Shown here in pieces: positions 48,468 through 57,686 of a stretch of 64,000 bases of DNA. Position 1 is the first letter of the stretch, and each line of letters starts with the position of its first letter. This DNA is from Candidatus Cloacimonadales bacterium. Lineage in GTDB: Bacteria > Cloacimonadota > Cloacimonadia > Cloacimonadales > JAFGVF01. The translations under genes were made by a program, and so were the position numbers. Location: the NCBI GenBank assembly GCA_963667035.1, contig OY762964.1, forward strand, positions 1,792,001 to 1,856,000, given 5' to 3'. A model generated the notes under the pieces. The model was not told where the DNA came from. It worked only from the letters and a program-made list of their open reading frames with translations, and did not search any database.

Positions 48468-50489
48468 TTATCTTAATTTATCATCAATGAGTTTATTAAT
48501 CAACTCGTCATCAGAGCGATAGGGAATAGTAATCTGTCCTTCAGAATCGTGCTTATCATTCCATTTAGCGGATGTTTCGATAGCATTAACATTTCCTGCC
48601 CAATTACGGCGTCCAACACCACCCATGACATCCCAAGACAAGCCAGAACGAATTACATCATCCATACGTTTGCTTCCATCCAAGAGGATACCGTTACCAC
48701 CGTTTGATGAACGACCAATACCGACTCCACCACCGTTTGAAAGCACAACAAGAGTCATTCCTCTGGCAACATTACCGGCAAAGCATTGTACCGACATATC
48801 AGCCATAACGTTACTTCCGTCATAGATGTTTGCTGTCTCTCTGAATGGGGAATCAGTACCTGAAACATCATGATGATCTCTTCCAAGCATAACAGGTCCT
48901 ATTACACCCTTACGAATCATTTCATTAAAGTTAAGGGCTATACGGACACGTCCCTCTTCATCTGAATAAAGGATACGAGCTTTTGTACCTACCACCAACT
49001 TATTTTCTTCGGCAGTAGCAATCCAATGATGATTATCTCTATCCAAAGAACTGTTATCAGGATCTATGCAACTCATAGCTAGCTCATCTGTTATTCTTAA
49101 ATCCGAATCTTTACCTGACAAGCAAACCCATCTGAAAGGACCGTAACCACGGTCAAAGCAAACGGGACCCATTATATCTTCAACATAAGAAGGCCAGATA
49201 AAACCATCGAATGTATCGATTCCATTCTTTGATATTGCCTTTTCTCCTGCATTGAAGACAGAAGCCATAAAGCTGTTACCGTAATCCCAGAAATAAGAAC
49301 CTTTTCCTGTTAGCTTCTTAATCACTCTGAAATGTCTTCTTAATGATTCATCAACCAACTCTCTGAATTTAGCGGGATTCTCTTTATTAATCTTACGTCC
49401 CTCTTCATAAGTAACACCTGCAGGTGTGTATCCGCCTTCATAAACAGCGTGACAAGAGGTTTGGTCAGAGATAAGCTCAACCTTCACATCATTAGCATCA
49501 ATGTATTCGAGTAAATCAACTATATTACCATGATAAGCAATGGAGATAGGCTGTTTCTTTTCTCTGTATTCTTTCATCCAAGCGACAATCTGTGCTAAAT
49601 CATCTGATATAAGTGAAACCCAACCTTGCTCATGTCTGGTTTTGATTCTGCTATATTCAACTTCAGCAATAACACCTATACCACCGGCAATCTCAACAGC
49701 TTTAGGTTGTGCCCCCGACATTCCGCCAAGACCTGACGATATGAAGAAGTTACATTGCATATCCTGATCTTCCGGTACTCCGAGATATTTACGACAAGCA
49801 TTAAGAACCGTTATATATGTACCATGTACAATTCCCTGTGGTCCGATATACATCCAACCACCCGCAGTCATCTGTCCGTAATTAGCTACACCAAGTGCAG
49901 TTAGACGCTTAAAGTTCTCGGGATCATCCCAATTACCAACCACAAGACCGTTAGTAGAAATTACTCTTGGTGCTTCGGGACGAGAAGGGAACAATCCAAC
50001 CGGATGACCCGATTCTACAACGAGTGTCTGGTCATCTGTTATCTCTTCTAAATAACGCATAATCAGACGATACTGCATCCAATTCTGCATTACCTGACCT
50101 GTTTCTCCGTAAGTGACTAATTCATAAGGATACAGGGCTATATCGAAATCCAAGTTGTTATCAATCATTACTTGTAGTGCTTTACCAGCCTGACATTTAC
50201 CTTTATACTCTTCAATCGGTTTTCCGTAGAGTTTACCGACCGGACGATAGCGATACCCGTATATTCTTCCCATCGTCACAAGCTCTTCAAGAAACTCGGG
50301 AGCCATGATTTCATGGTACTCTTGTGGTACATAACGTAACGCATTCTTTACTGCCAAAGCAATCTCTTTTCTGTTCAAATCGAGTCCTCTGTTCGGAGCT
50401 CTTCGATATCGCTTATCAAACTCCTTAACTTCCGGAAGCTCATCCGGAATTCTAATCTTCATCACCTTTTGAGGGTTGAAATCGATCAT
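48468..50489 (-). CDS. hutU: Urocanate hydratase (long form)
   Basis: NNLD..A.YPYELVTYG, YGQMTAGGWMYIGPQGIVHGT, GLGGMSGAQ, DQTSCH, GRDHHD. Confidence 0.95.
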   Translation of the reverse strand: MIDFNPQKVMKIRIPDELPEVKEFDKRYRRAPNRGLDLNRKEIALAVKNALRYVPQEYHEIMAPEFLEELVTMGRIYGYRYRPVGKLYGKPIEEYKGKCQAGKALQVMIDNNLDFDIALYPYELVTYGETGQVMQNWMQYRLIMRYLEEITDDQTLVVESGHPVGLFPSRPEAPRVISTNGLVVGNWDDPENFKRLTALGVANYGQMTAGGWMYIGPQGIVHGTYITVLNACRKYLGVPEDQDMQCNFFISSGLGGMSGAQPKAVEIAGGIGVIAEVEYSRIKTRHEQGWVSLISDDLAQIVAWMKEYREKKQPISIAYHGNIVDLLEYIDANDVKVELISDQTSCHAVYEGGYTPAGVTYEEGRKINKENPAKFRELVDESLRRHFRVIKKLTGKGSYFWDYGNSFMASVFNAGEKAISKNGIDTFDGFIWPSYVEDIMGPVCFDRGYGPFRWVCLSGKDSDLRITDELAMSCIDPDNSSLDRDNHHWIATAEENKLVVGTKARILYSDEEGRVRIALNFNEMIRKGVIGPVMLGRDHHDVSGTDSPFRETANIYDGSNVMADMSVQCFAGNVARGMTLVVLSNGGGVGIGRSSNGGNGILLDGSKRMDDVIRSGLSWDVMGGVGRRNWAGNVNAIETSAKWNDKHDSEGQITIPYRSDDELINKLIDDKLR

Positions 50490-51775
50490 TATTCCTCCAA
50501 TTTATTCTTTTTATTTACCATTACATTTAAAATCACATCGTCGCATTGTGGCATTCCGTTATTAATAACGATACCCATGTTATCAATAGTTTTCTCAATA
50601 TCATCTTCAATGATGCCGTCATCACCACCAATAAACTTACCATTTCTTGCCATTAACACGGAATAAAGAGCCGTGCTTATTGTTGAGGCAATTTTAAGTC
50701 CGCAACTTGTCTTGGCACCATCACAAATCATGCCTGTTAAGTTTGCAAGCATATTCTTGATAACATATTCAAGTTCTTTCTCTCCTCCGTCAAGCAGTAT
50801 GCTCATACCGCATCCTGCTCCTGTGGCAGCATTGATAGCTCCACACATACACGAAAGTATTCCAAGATGGTTCTTCAAATGAATTGAAACCATGTGTCCG
50901 ACAAACAAAGCTCTTATAAAATCAGCTTCAGATTTCTTAAAGTGAAGATAAGTCTCATAAATCGGGATTGTTATTGTTATGCCTTGATTTCCACTTCCTG
51001 AATTTGTTAGAACCGGTAAAGCACTACCACACATTCTGGCTTCTGAAGCTGCACAAGTTAAGGCTACTACCTTATGGAAGAAATCGTTTTCCAGAATACC
51101 GTTTTCTACTTCATTCATAATGATTCCACCTAAAGTGTAGTTACAGTTCAATCCTGCTTTTGCTATCACTTTATTCATCTTAGCTCCTTCGATTAAGAAA
51201 GAGAACTCATCAGGATTCATGACTTGTGAGAATCTGAATATCTCATGGATACTCAGTTCTTCTTTCAGACAGCACTTTTCTTTCGCCTCGGCTTCAACAT
51301 TATGCTCTTCAATATATTTCTCATCCACCTTGACGTATTTAACTCCTGTGTGGTGCTCAATTACTTTACATTCGGAAACATGATTATCAGTAATAAGTCT
51401 AGCGACTATAAACAGTTTTTCATCGGATTCATGTAGGATAAGTTTTACCTTTTTTGCTTTAACGAATTCTTGAGCTTTTTCGACTGTAGTTTCAGGGATT
51501 CCGGTCAAAACTTCCAGAGCGTTATCGGCATCTCCACCAAATGCTCCCAGAGCTGCAGCAATCTCAAGTCCTTTCATCTCGGTACCGGGAATTCCTACTC
51601 CCAGACCATTCTTAAAAACGTTTCGACATAAAAGTAATTCGATTGCCTTCACTTCTTCATCAAGTGCTGTTGCAGCTTTGGCAGAAGCAAGAGCCACCGC
51701 TATTGGCTCGGTACAACCTAAGGCAGTTGATAATTCACTGCCAAGTATCTTTAAATAATCCTCTTTTGTTAACAT
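50489..51775 (-). CDS. L-cysteine desulfidase (CyuA/YhaM, serine dehydratase alpha-like)
   Basis: ALGCTEP.A, KN..GV.IPG, NSGSGNQG, LSCMCG, GMICDGAK.SC..K. Confidence 0.88.
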   Translation of the reverse strand: MLTKEDYLKILGSELSTALGCTEPIAVALASAKAATALDEEVKAIELLLCRNVFKNGLGVGIPGTEMKGLEIAAALGAFGGDADNALEVLTGIPETTVEKAQEFVKAKKVKLILHESDEKLFIVARLITDNHVSECKVIEHHTGVKYVKVDEKYIEEHNVEAEAKEKCCLKEELSIHEIFRFSQVMNPDEFSFLIEGAKMNKVIAKAGLNCNYTLGGIIMNEVENGILENDFFHKVVALTCAASEARMCGSALPVLTNSGSGNQGITITIPIYETYLHFKKSEADFIRALFVGHMVSIHLKNHLGILSCMCGAINAATGAGCGMSILLDGGEKELEYVIKNMLANLTGMICDGAKTSCGLKIASTISTALYSVLMARNGKFIGGDDGIIEDDIEKTIDNMGIVINNGMPQCDDVILNVMVNKKNKLEE

Positions 51776-51991
51776 ACTAGCCTATCCTCACTGAACCGAT
51801 ATATTTTAGTCCCAAATTATTAACAATCCCTACTATTGCAATGTTTTTTCTAAAGTTGTTCACCTGAAAACTATAAACCCTCTTATTAAGGTGTATTAAC
51901 AACATTTCAGAGGAAATATCTATGAATAACTAATCATTATTATTCACCTTTCAATCAAGCAGTTTGTTTAGTATTCGTTAATTGCTCCGAT

Positions 51992-52109
51992 TCAACTCTC
52001 GGGATTCACACGGGAATCTCACGGGACTCTCTCGGGAATCACTCGGGACTTCACCCGAGAAATTCCCGCTAAATCCACAAACAAATCACGAACTATTCCC
52101 GTGGGTTGA
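51992..52109. repeat. Palindromic array of ten 11-bp units (five direct, five inverted)
   Basis: CGGGA at 52000, 52011, 52022, 52033, 52044; CCCG/CACR at 52054, 52065, 52076, 52087, 52098; bounded by TCAAC/GTTGA. Confidence 0.85.
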
Positions 52110-52219
52110 TTGAGTTCACTATGACGCTACAATTGATTTGTATTATTTTCATGATATTGTTTATCAAGTGTTTAGGTTTTTCATATGATGGCATCAATAA
52201 CGTTATTTAAAATAATCAA

Positions 52220-52248
52220 TTGACAAAGTTAGGCATAGCTAACACATT
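52220..52248 (+). promoter_or_regulatory. feo operon promoter with overlapping DtxR/MntR-type operator (box 1)
   Basis: TTGACA-N17-CACATT; GTTAG-GCATAG-CTAAC at 52228-52243. Confidence 0.75.
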
Positions 52249-52277
52249 GTTCCCAGTTCATTACTAGGAGATTGAAA

Positions 52278-52502
52278 ATGGAAAAGAAATTAGGAAATTT
52301 AAGCATTGGTGAAAGAGGTAGAATTACTCATCTTTCAGATAACATTCACCTGAAGAAAAAACTCTCGGAGATGGGATTAACAGGTGGTACAGAGATTACA
52401 AAAGTTAGCGTTGCTCCTTTAGGAGATCCGATTCAGTATTCTGTAAGAGGCTATAGAATAGCATTACGTAAATCAGAAGCAGATCAGATAACAGTTAAGT
52501 AA
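52278..52502 (+). CDS. feoA: Ferrous iron transport protein A
   Basis: L.EMGL..G.EI....APLGDPI...VRGY.IALRK.EA. Confidence 0.93.
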   Translation: MEKKLGNLSIGERGRITHLSDNIHLKKKLSEMGLTGGTEITKVSVAPLGDPIQYSVRGYRIALRKSEADQITVK

Positions 52503-52518
52503 TATTTTTTTAAAGAAG

Positions 52519-52536
52519 AGTTAGGCTTAACTAACT
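52519..52536. promoter_or_regulatory. Second DtxR/MntR-type operator (box 2) between feoA and feoB
   Basis: AGTTAG-GCTTAA-CTAACT, near-identical to box 1. Confidence 0.7.
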
Positions 52537-52548
52537 AATGGAGACTTT

Positions 52549-54633
52549 ATGAGTTTATATAAAATCGCTTTAGCAGGAAACCCGAACAGCGGGAAAACTA
52601 CTATTTTTAACAACCTTACAGGTGCCAAACAGAAAACCGGTAACTATCCGGGCGTTACGGTAGAGAAGAAAACCGGAAACTGTACTATTCAAAATAAGAA
52701 GATTGAAGTTATTGATTTACCAGGAACATATAGCTTATCAGCTAACTCGCCTGAAGAAATAATAGCTAGAGATGTAATAATTAATGAAAAACCTAACCTT
52801 GTTGTAGATATCATTGATTCTACGAATCTGGAAAGAAGCCTCTATCTGGCAGTTCAGTTAGCTGAGTTGAGAGTGCCATATTTACTGGTCTTAAACATGT
52901 GGGATGAGTTCGAAGCTAACAAGATGAAGCTTGCAGTACATAAATTGGAGACTCTCTTTGACACGGAAGTAATTTGTACAATCGGTCACAAGAATAAATC
53001 CATGGAGGATTTGAAACAGGCAATCATAAAGCATTTGGATGTAAAGTGTAACTTTGTGCCGACATATTCATCCAAAACAGAATCCATTATTAGTGAGATT
53101 GTTCGTTTTATAGGTACAAGTGACAAGGTAGATAGCAGGTGGATAGCTCTTAAGTATATCGAGAAAGAGCAAGAGACAATAGAGAGTTATGTTAACAGGT
53201 CAACAAAAGAGATAGAGATTAAATCCGTATTACAGACTCAGTTGCCGGATGTAACGGAAGAAAGATATTCATTGATAAATAGAATCTGCAAGGAAAGCGG
53301 ATTTTGTAGTAATCAGGGTAAAAAGACTTTAACCGATAAAATAGATTCAATAATCACAAACAAATATCTGGGAATACCTATATTTTTTACCTTAATGTAT
53401 CTGGTATTCAAGCTTACATTCGTAGTGGGAGACCCATTCATGGGTTGGATAGAAGAAGGAATGGGAGCGTTAGGAGATTTGATTAGTGGATTTTGGTCTG
53501 AAGAAAGTGACAGTTTGCTTAGATCACTCCTGGTAGATGGTGTAATTGGAGGAGTAGGGGGTGTTTTAGTTTTTCTTCCAAACATTCTTTTACTCTTCCT
53601 TGCCATTGCACTTCTGGAAGGAACCGGATACATGGCAAGAGCCTCATTTATTATGGATAGGCTAATGAAGTCACTTGGCTTGCACGGAAACAGTTTCATA
53701 CCAATGCTAATCGGATTCGGATGTACTGTCCCTGCTATTATGGCAACCAGAACCTTACCAAATAAAAAGGACAGATTTACAACAATCATGGTTGCCCCTC
53801 TGATGAGTTGCGGAGCAAGATTGCCAATCTATGCTCTGCTGATACCTGCTTTCTTTGTTGAAAAATATCAGGCTTTAGTATTATGGAGCATATACCTTGC
53901 AGGTATAATACTTGCTATAATCTTTGCCAAAATACTTAGAAGCTCCGTTTTCAAGGGAGAATCAGACACTTATATTCTGGAATTACCACCATATAGAATC
54001 CCAACATTAAAATCTATCCTGTTACAAATGTGGTCTAGAGCTTTAATCTACTTACAGAAAGCAGGGACAATCATTTTATGGATCTCCATAATAATGTGGG
54101 TATTCATCACTTTCCCTAAATCAGATAAAATAGATAAGCAATATGAGCAGAGTGTTGCGTCCGTTATGAATCAGAATCTCTCTGACGATAAGAAGAGTGA
54201 AGCTTTAGAACAACTTGAAATGCAGTATCAGTCTGATGTCTTGGCATATTCAATTACAGGAAGAATAGGAAAAGCACTTGAGCCGGCTATCAAACCTCTT
54301 GGTTTTGATTGGAAAATAGGCTCTGCATTAATAGGAGCATTTGCTGCAAAAGAAGTCTTTGTTTCCCAATTGGGAATCGTTTACTCAGTAGGAGAAGCAG
54401 ATGAAGAATCTGAGACCTTGAGGGAAAAGCTACAATCAAATTATACAGTTCTTCAAGCCATCTCAATAATCCTCTTCTGTCTTATCAGTGCCCCTTGTAT
54501 GGCGACTATAGCAGTAACCAAACGTGAGACTAATTCATGGAAGTGGGCATTATTCCAACTGGCAGGCTTAACAGTAGTCGCTTATGTCATATCTCTATTG
54601 GTATATCAATTAGGTAATCTCATAATCGGTTAG
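52549..54633 (+). CDS. feoB: Ferrous iron transport protein B
   Basis: GNPNSGKT, NYPGVTVE, DLPG.YSL, GFGC.VPA, MSC.ARLP, AKE, PC. Confidence 0.97.
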   Translation: MSLYKIALAGNPNSGKTTIFNNLTGAKQKTGNYPGVTVEKKTGNCTIQNKKIEVIDLPGTYSLSANSPEEIIARDVIINEKPNLVVDIIDSTNLERSLYLAVQLAELRVPYLLVLNMWDEFEANKMKLAVHKLETLFDTEVICTIGHKNKSMEDLKQAIIKHLDVKCNFVPTYSSKTESIISEIVRFIGTSDKVDSRWIALKYIEKEQETIESYVNRSTKEIEIKSVLQTQLPDVTEERYSLINRICKESGFCSNQGKKTLTDKIDSIITNKYLGIPIFFTLMYLVFKLTFVVGDPFMGWIEEGMGALGDLISGFWSEESDSLLRSLLVDGVIGGVGGVLVFLPNILLLFLAIALLEGTGYMARASFIMDRLMKSLGLHGNSFIPMLIGFGCTVPAIMATRTLPNKKDRFTTIMVAPLMSCGARLPIYALLIPAFFVEKYQALVLWSIYLAGIILAIIFAKILRSSVFKGESDTYILELPPYRIPTLKSILLQMWSRALIYLQKAGTIILWISIIMWVFITFPKSDKIDKQYEQSVASVMNQNLSDDKKSEALEQLEMQYQSDVLAYSITGRIGKALEPAIKPLGFDWKIGSALIGAFAAKEVFVSQLGIVYSVGEADEESETLREKLQSNYTVLQAISIILFCLISAPCMATIAVTKRETNSWKWALFQLAGLTVVAYVISLLVYQLGNLIIG

Positions 54634-54642
54634 GAGGAAGTA

Positions 54643-54795
54643 ATGTTAGAAATAATTTCAATAATCATTATTGTTTTGATATCTGTACTATTGCTGGCTA
54701 AATCTCTCCTCAAAAAGGATAAAAAAATCACAGCGTGTAGTAGTTGCATCTACAAAGACAAATCTCACAGTTGCAGTTGCGGAGTTAAACAGTGA
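54643..54795 (+). CDS. FeoB-associated Cys-rich small membrane protein (50 aa)
   Basis: Not in the ORF track. AGGAGG RBS; MLEIISIIIIVLISVLLLAKSLLKKDKKITACSSCIYKDKSHSCSCGVKQ; stop overlaps the next GTG. Confidence 0.8.
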   Translation: MLEIISIIIIVLISVLLLAKSLLKKDKKITACSSCIYKDKSHSCSCGVKQ

Positions 54796-55124
54796 AAGTA
54801 TTCTATCATCATATCTACGAGTACAATAAAGGGATTAGAGATCTAATTCTACATACACTCCCCAAGAGGTATGAGAAGCTTGTAAGGTTGAAACTTGAGA
54901 GCCAAAACATAGATTACATAATCCGGGAAATATCCAAAGATATGATTAATGTGTTCTTTGGCAATAAGAGCTGTGTTGAGCTCATAAACACATTTGGGAA
55001 TAAGCCTCTGGATGAATTCTCATTAGAGGAAGACTTCATTCTTGGAGTAATGCTTGGCTACAACCGACTTCAACAGGTTGAAAGATTTCTGAATAGAAAG
55101 CAATCAATAAATGAAATAGCATAA
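54792..55124 (+). CDS. DUF2023 family protein
   Basis: VF.HHIYEY.KG.R.L.L.T, IN.FFG, EEDFILG.MLGY..Q..R. Confidence 0.85.
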   Translation: MKVFYHHIYEYNKGIRDLILHTLPKRYEKLVRLKLESQNIDYIIREISKDMINVFFGNKSCVELINTFGNKPLDEFSLEEDFILGVMLGYNRLQQVERFLNRKQSINEIA

Positions 55125-55147
55125 TAAATCAATATATAGGAGGAACA

Positions 55148-55582
55148 ATGAAAACAATTGTTCTTTATGGTAGCACGACCGGTAACAATGAACTAATCGC
55201 CGGGATAATCAATGAAACCCTAATTAAGATGGGATTCGAAGTAGTATTAAAGAATGTCGCGACAGCAAATTCTTCCGAACTAACTGACTATGATCTAATA
55301 GTTATAGGTTCTTCCACATGGGGAGACGGAGAGTTGCAAGATGATATGGTTGAGTTTAGCAGGGAAATGAAGAACATCAACTTATTGGGAAAGAAAGCAA
55401 CAGCATTCGGTTGTGGAGATGATAGCTGGCCGAACTTCTGCACCGCTCCCGATATTCTAGACAGGCAACTAATTAATTGTGGAGCAAATATTGTAGCTAA
55501 ACCTCTAAAAGTTAACGGTTCCGCTACGGATTCTGAAGATACAATTAAGCAATGGGCTAAAGAATTAGCCATGAGCATATAG
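55148..55582 (+). CDS. Short-chain flavodoxin
   Basis: YGSTTGN, GSSTWGDGELQ, FGCGD..W..FC. Confidence 0.92.
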   Translation: MKTIVLYGSTTGNNELIAGIINETLIKMGFEVVLKNVATANSSELTDYDLIVIGSSTWGDGELQDDMVEFSREMKNINLLGKKATAFGCGDDSWPNFCTAPDILDRQLINCGANIVAKPLKVNGSATDSEDTIKQWAKELAMSI

Positions 55583-55604
55583 TGTATAATAAGGAGAGCT
55601 AATC

Positions 55605-56645
55605 ATGAATATCTGGGAATTGGATTTATCGCTAAGAATGTTGCTTTTTAAGATGTATGTTACTCAAAAGGATTTCGATAAAGTATATTTAAAAAGCAAA
55701 AGCCTTGTTAAACCTCTAATAGATTCTGATTGGCTCTCCTATCTTCTTAAGTACACCTCTTTTGAGACGATAATTGCCACTAAACTACAGAATAGACTGG
55801 ATATTAAATACTTAGTGGATATAAATAGCTTAAACTCTACAGACAACCTAAGAATGAAAATCTGGTCTAAAGTCAGATATGATACAGGCACTCATCATAT
55901 TCCTGAAGTAATGGATTTTATTGTTCAGATACTTGAGAGTTCAGAGAGACACACTCTTGAGCTTGAAAGATTTCGGAAAAATACTATTAAAGCTAAGGAT
56001 GAGATCAGATTGCTTAATTCTAAAAACAGAATCCTCAATACATCTATGAAATCACTTAAAGCAGAGGTAAAAGCTCTCAATGTTAAGATTAACTCAAAGA
56101 CATCAACAGATTCTTCTTATAAAGAGTTAAAAGAAGAAGTTGCAAAACGAAAGAGTGAGAACAATCATCTTCAATATCTTTTAAGTGCAAGAAACGAGTC
56201 TTACGAAAAACTCAAATCACGGCACAAGAGGTTGATGAAGGAGTTGTTTAACACAAGTAACCAGAACTCGAACTCATCAGGGTGTATGAAGCAACCAAAG
56301 GTAAGTTTCGGAGATGATGAATGTGTGAATTGTGACAACTTCGATCTTTGCCTAAAAAAAATTCTTATTGTTGGAGGAATAGACCGTATGGTTCCTCATT
56401 ATAAACAAACAATTGAAGATATGGGCGGAGAAGTAAGATTTCACACAGGCAAAAATCGCTCAATGGGTTCAAGCTTTCTATCGTTGGTAAAATGGGCTGA
56501 TATAGTTCTGTGTCCCGTAAGTGTAAACAGTCATAATGCCTGCTTACAAGCTAAAAAAGAGTGTAAAAGACTAGATAAAGAGTTTGTTTGGCTTCCTTCC
56601 ACGGGAATATCGGCAATTAAAAAAACACTAACCGCTTATAACTAA
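55605..56645 (+). CDS. Coiled-coil protein with Cys motif and C-terminal DUF2325 domain
   Basis: CVNCDNFDLC, then ILIVGG, H.G, AD.VLCP...NSH.AC...K..CK. Confidence 0.75.
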   Translation: MNIWELDLSLRMLLFKMYVTQKDFDKVYLKSKSLVKPLIDSDWLSYLLKYTSFETIIATKLQNRLDIKYLVDINSLNSTDNLRMKIWSKVRYDTGTHHIPEVMDFIVQILESSERHTLELERFRKNTIKAKDEIRLLNSKNRILNTSMKSLKAEVKALNVKINSKTSTDSSYKELKEEVAKRKSENNHLQYLLSARNESYEKLKSRHKRLMKELFNTSNQNSNSSGCMKQPKVSFGDDECVNCDNFDLCLKKILIVGGIDRMVPHYKQTIEDMGGEVRFHTGKNRSMGSSFLSLVKWADIVLCPVSVNSHNACLQAKKECKRLDKEFVWLPSTGISAIKKTLTAYN

Positions 56646-56662
56646 ACACTTTTGGAGTATAG

Positions 56663-57676
56663 ATGAAAAAACTTCTAACTATATTTTTACTAATATTATC
56701 CATTTCTATGATATTTGCCATAGAGAAACCAAATATACACGCATCAATTATGCTTGATGCAAAATACTATGATGGTGAATCGGCAAATAAAGGCTTTTAC
56801 GATACATCAAACAGATTCCAAGTCAGGAAAGCAGCTGTAAATCTTGATGGAAATCTGGCTAAGTACATGAACTATGAGCTTGAGTTCGGCATTTCTACCT
56901 GTCAAGGGGCAGGGATAGATTTCAAACTTATGGATGCAACTCTAGAATATGAACTACCATTGAACACTGTGATAGCAGTTCAACAAGGTCATATTCTTAG
57001 AGGAATAGCAGGAGTAACCGAGTGCAGCGATAGAATGACAATGGAAAAACCGGTATTCTTCACTTCTCTCTTTAACTGTCATCCAACGGGCATACTGGTG
57101 AAGACTATTCAAGAATTAGGTGCCGAATCAGAGCTTGAGGTAGAAGCTGCCTTCATGAATGGAGGTAACTCCACAATGGATGATGAATGGGATTATAACT
57201 ACGGTATGACATATAGGACTCCGGTTACAGGACTTGCTATCACCGGTGTTTATAATCATATAGGACGCAAATATTACAATACCCTGGGTCAGAATTATTC
57301 AAGAGCCGGATATAGAGCAATAGGCGGACTTGAATATATCAACTACAATCTTGCCGCTACAGGCGAATACTACAAGGCAAAAGGCTACCTCACAAAGGAC
57401 AACGAAATTGAAGCTTGGTATATGATGTTGGGGTATGCCTTAAAAGTAAACAGTGACCGATTAAAAGCGATACAGCCGTATGCCATGTATGAATATTGGG
57501 ATAAGGAAGCTGAAAATGATATAGATAGTGAATACACTTATCTAAATATCGGTCTTAACTTCTCTTTGAACAAATACACTAAGCTAAGATTTGCCTATAA
57601 AACCGAGTTAGAGAACCCGAGCGGAGTCACCAATACGCCGGACAGTGCCATCATGAGACTCCAATTGGTTTATTAG
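56663..57676 (+). CDS. Putative outer-membrane porin (OprO/P-like barrel)
   Basis: Signal peptide, F.VR.A...L.G and L.DA...Y motifs, alternating beta strands, C-terminal aromatic residue (RLQLVY). Confidence 0.7.
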   Translation: MKKLLTIFLLILSISMIFAIEKPNIHASIMLDAKYYDGESANKGFYDTSNRFQVRKAAVNLDGNLAKYMNYELEFGISTCQGAGIDFKLMDATLEYELPLNTVIAVQQGHILRGIAGVTECSDRMTMEKPVFFTSLFNCHPTGILVKTIQELGAESELEVEAAFMNGGNSTMDDEWDYNYGMTYRTPVTGLAITGVYNHIGRKYYNTLGQNYSRAGYRAIGGLEYINYNLAATGEYYKAKGYLTKDNEIEAWYMMLGYALKVNSDRLKAIQPYAMYEYWDKEAENDIDSEYTYLNIGLNFSLNKYTKLRFAYKTELENPSGVTNTPDSAIMRLQLVY

Positions 57677-57686
57677 GAGCTGAATT

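Noticed and set aside
48468..50489. Eukaryote-like long urocanase as a sign of gene transfer
   Set aside because: The long form is common in anaerobic bacteria.
51992..52109. CRISPR array or plasmid iterons
   Set aside because: 11-bp units with no unique spacers, and no cas or rep gene nearby.
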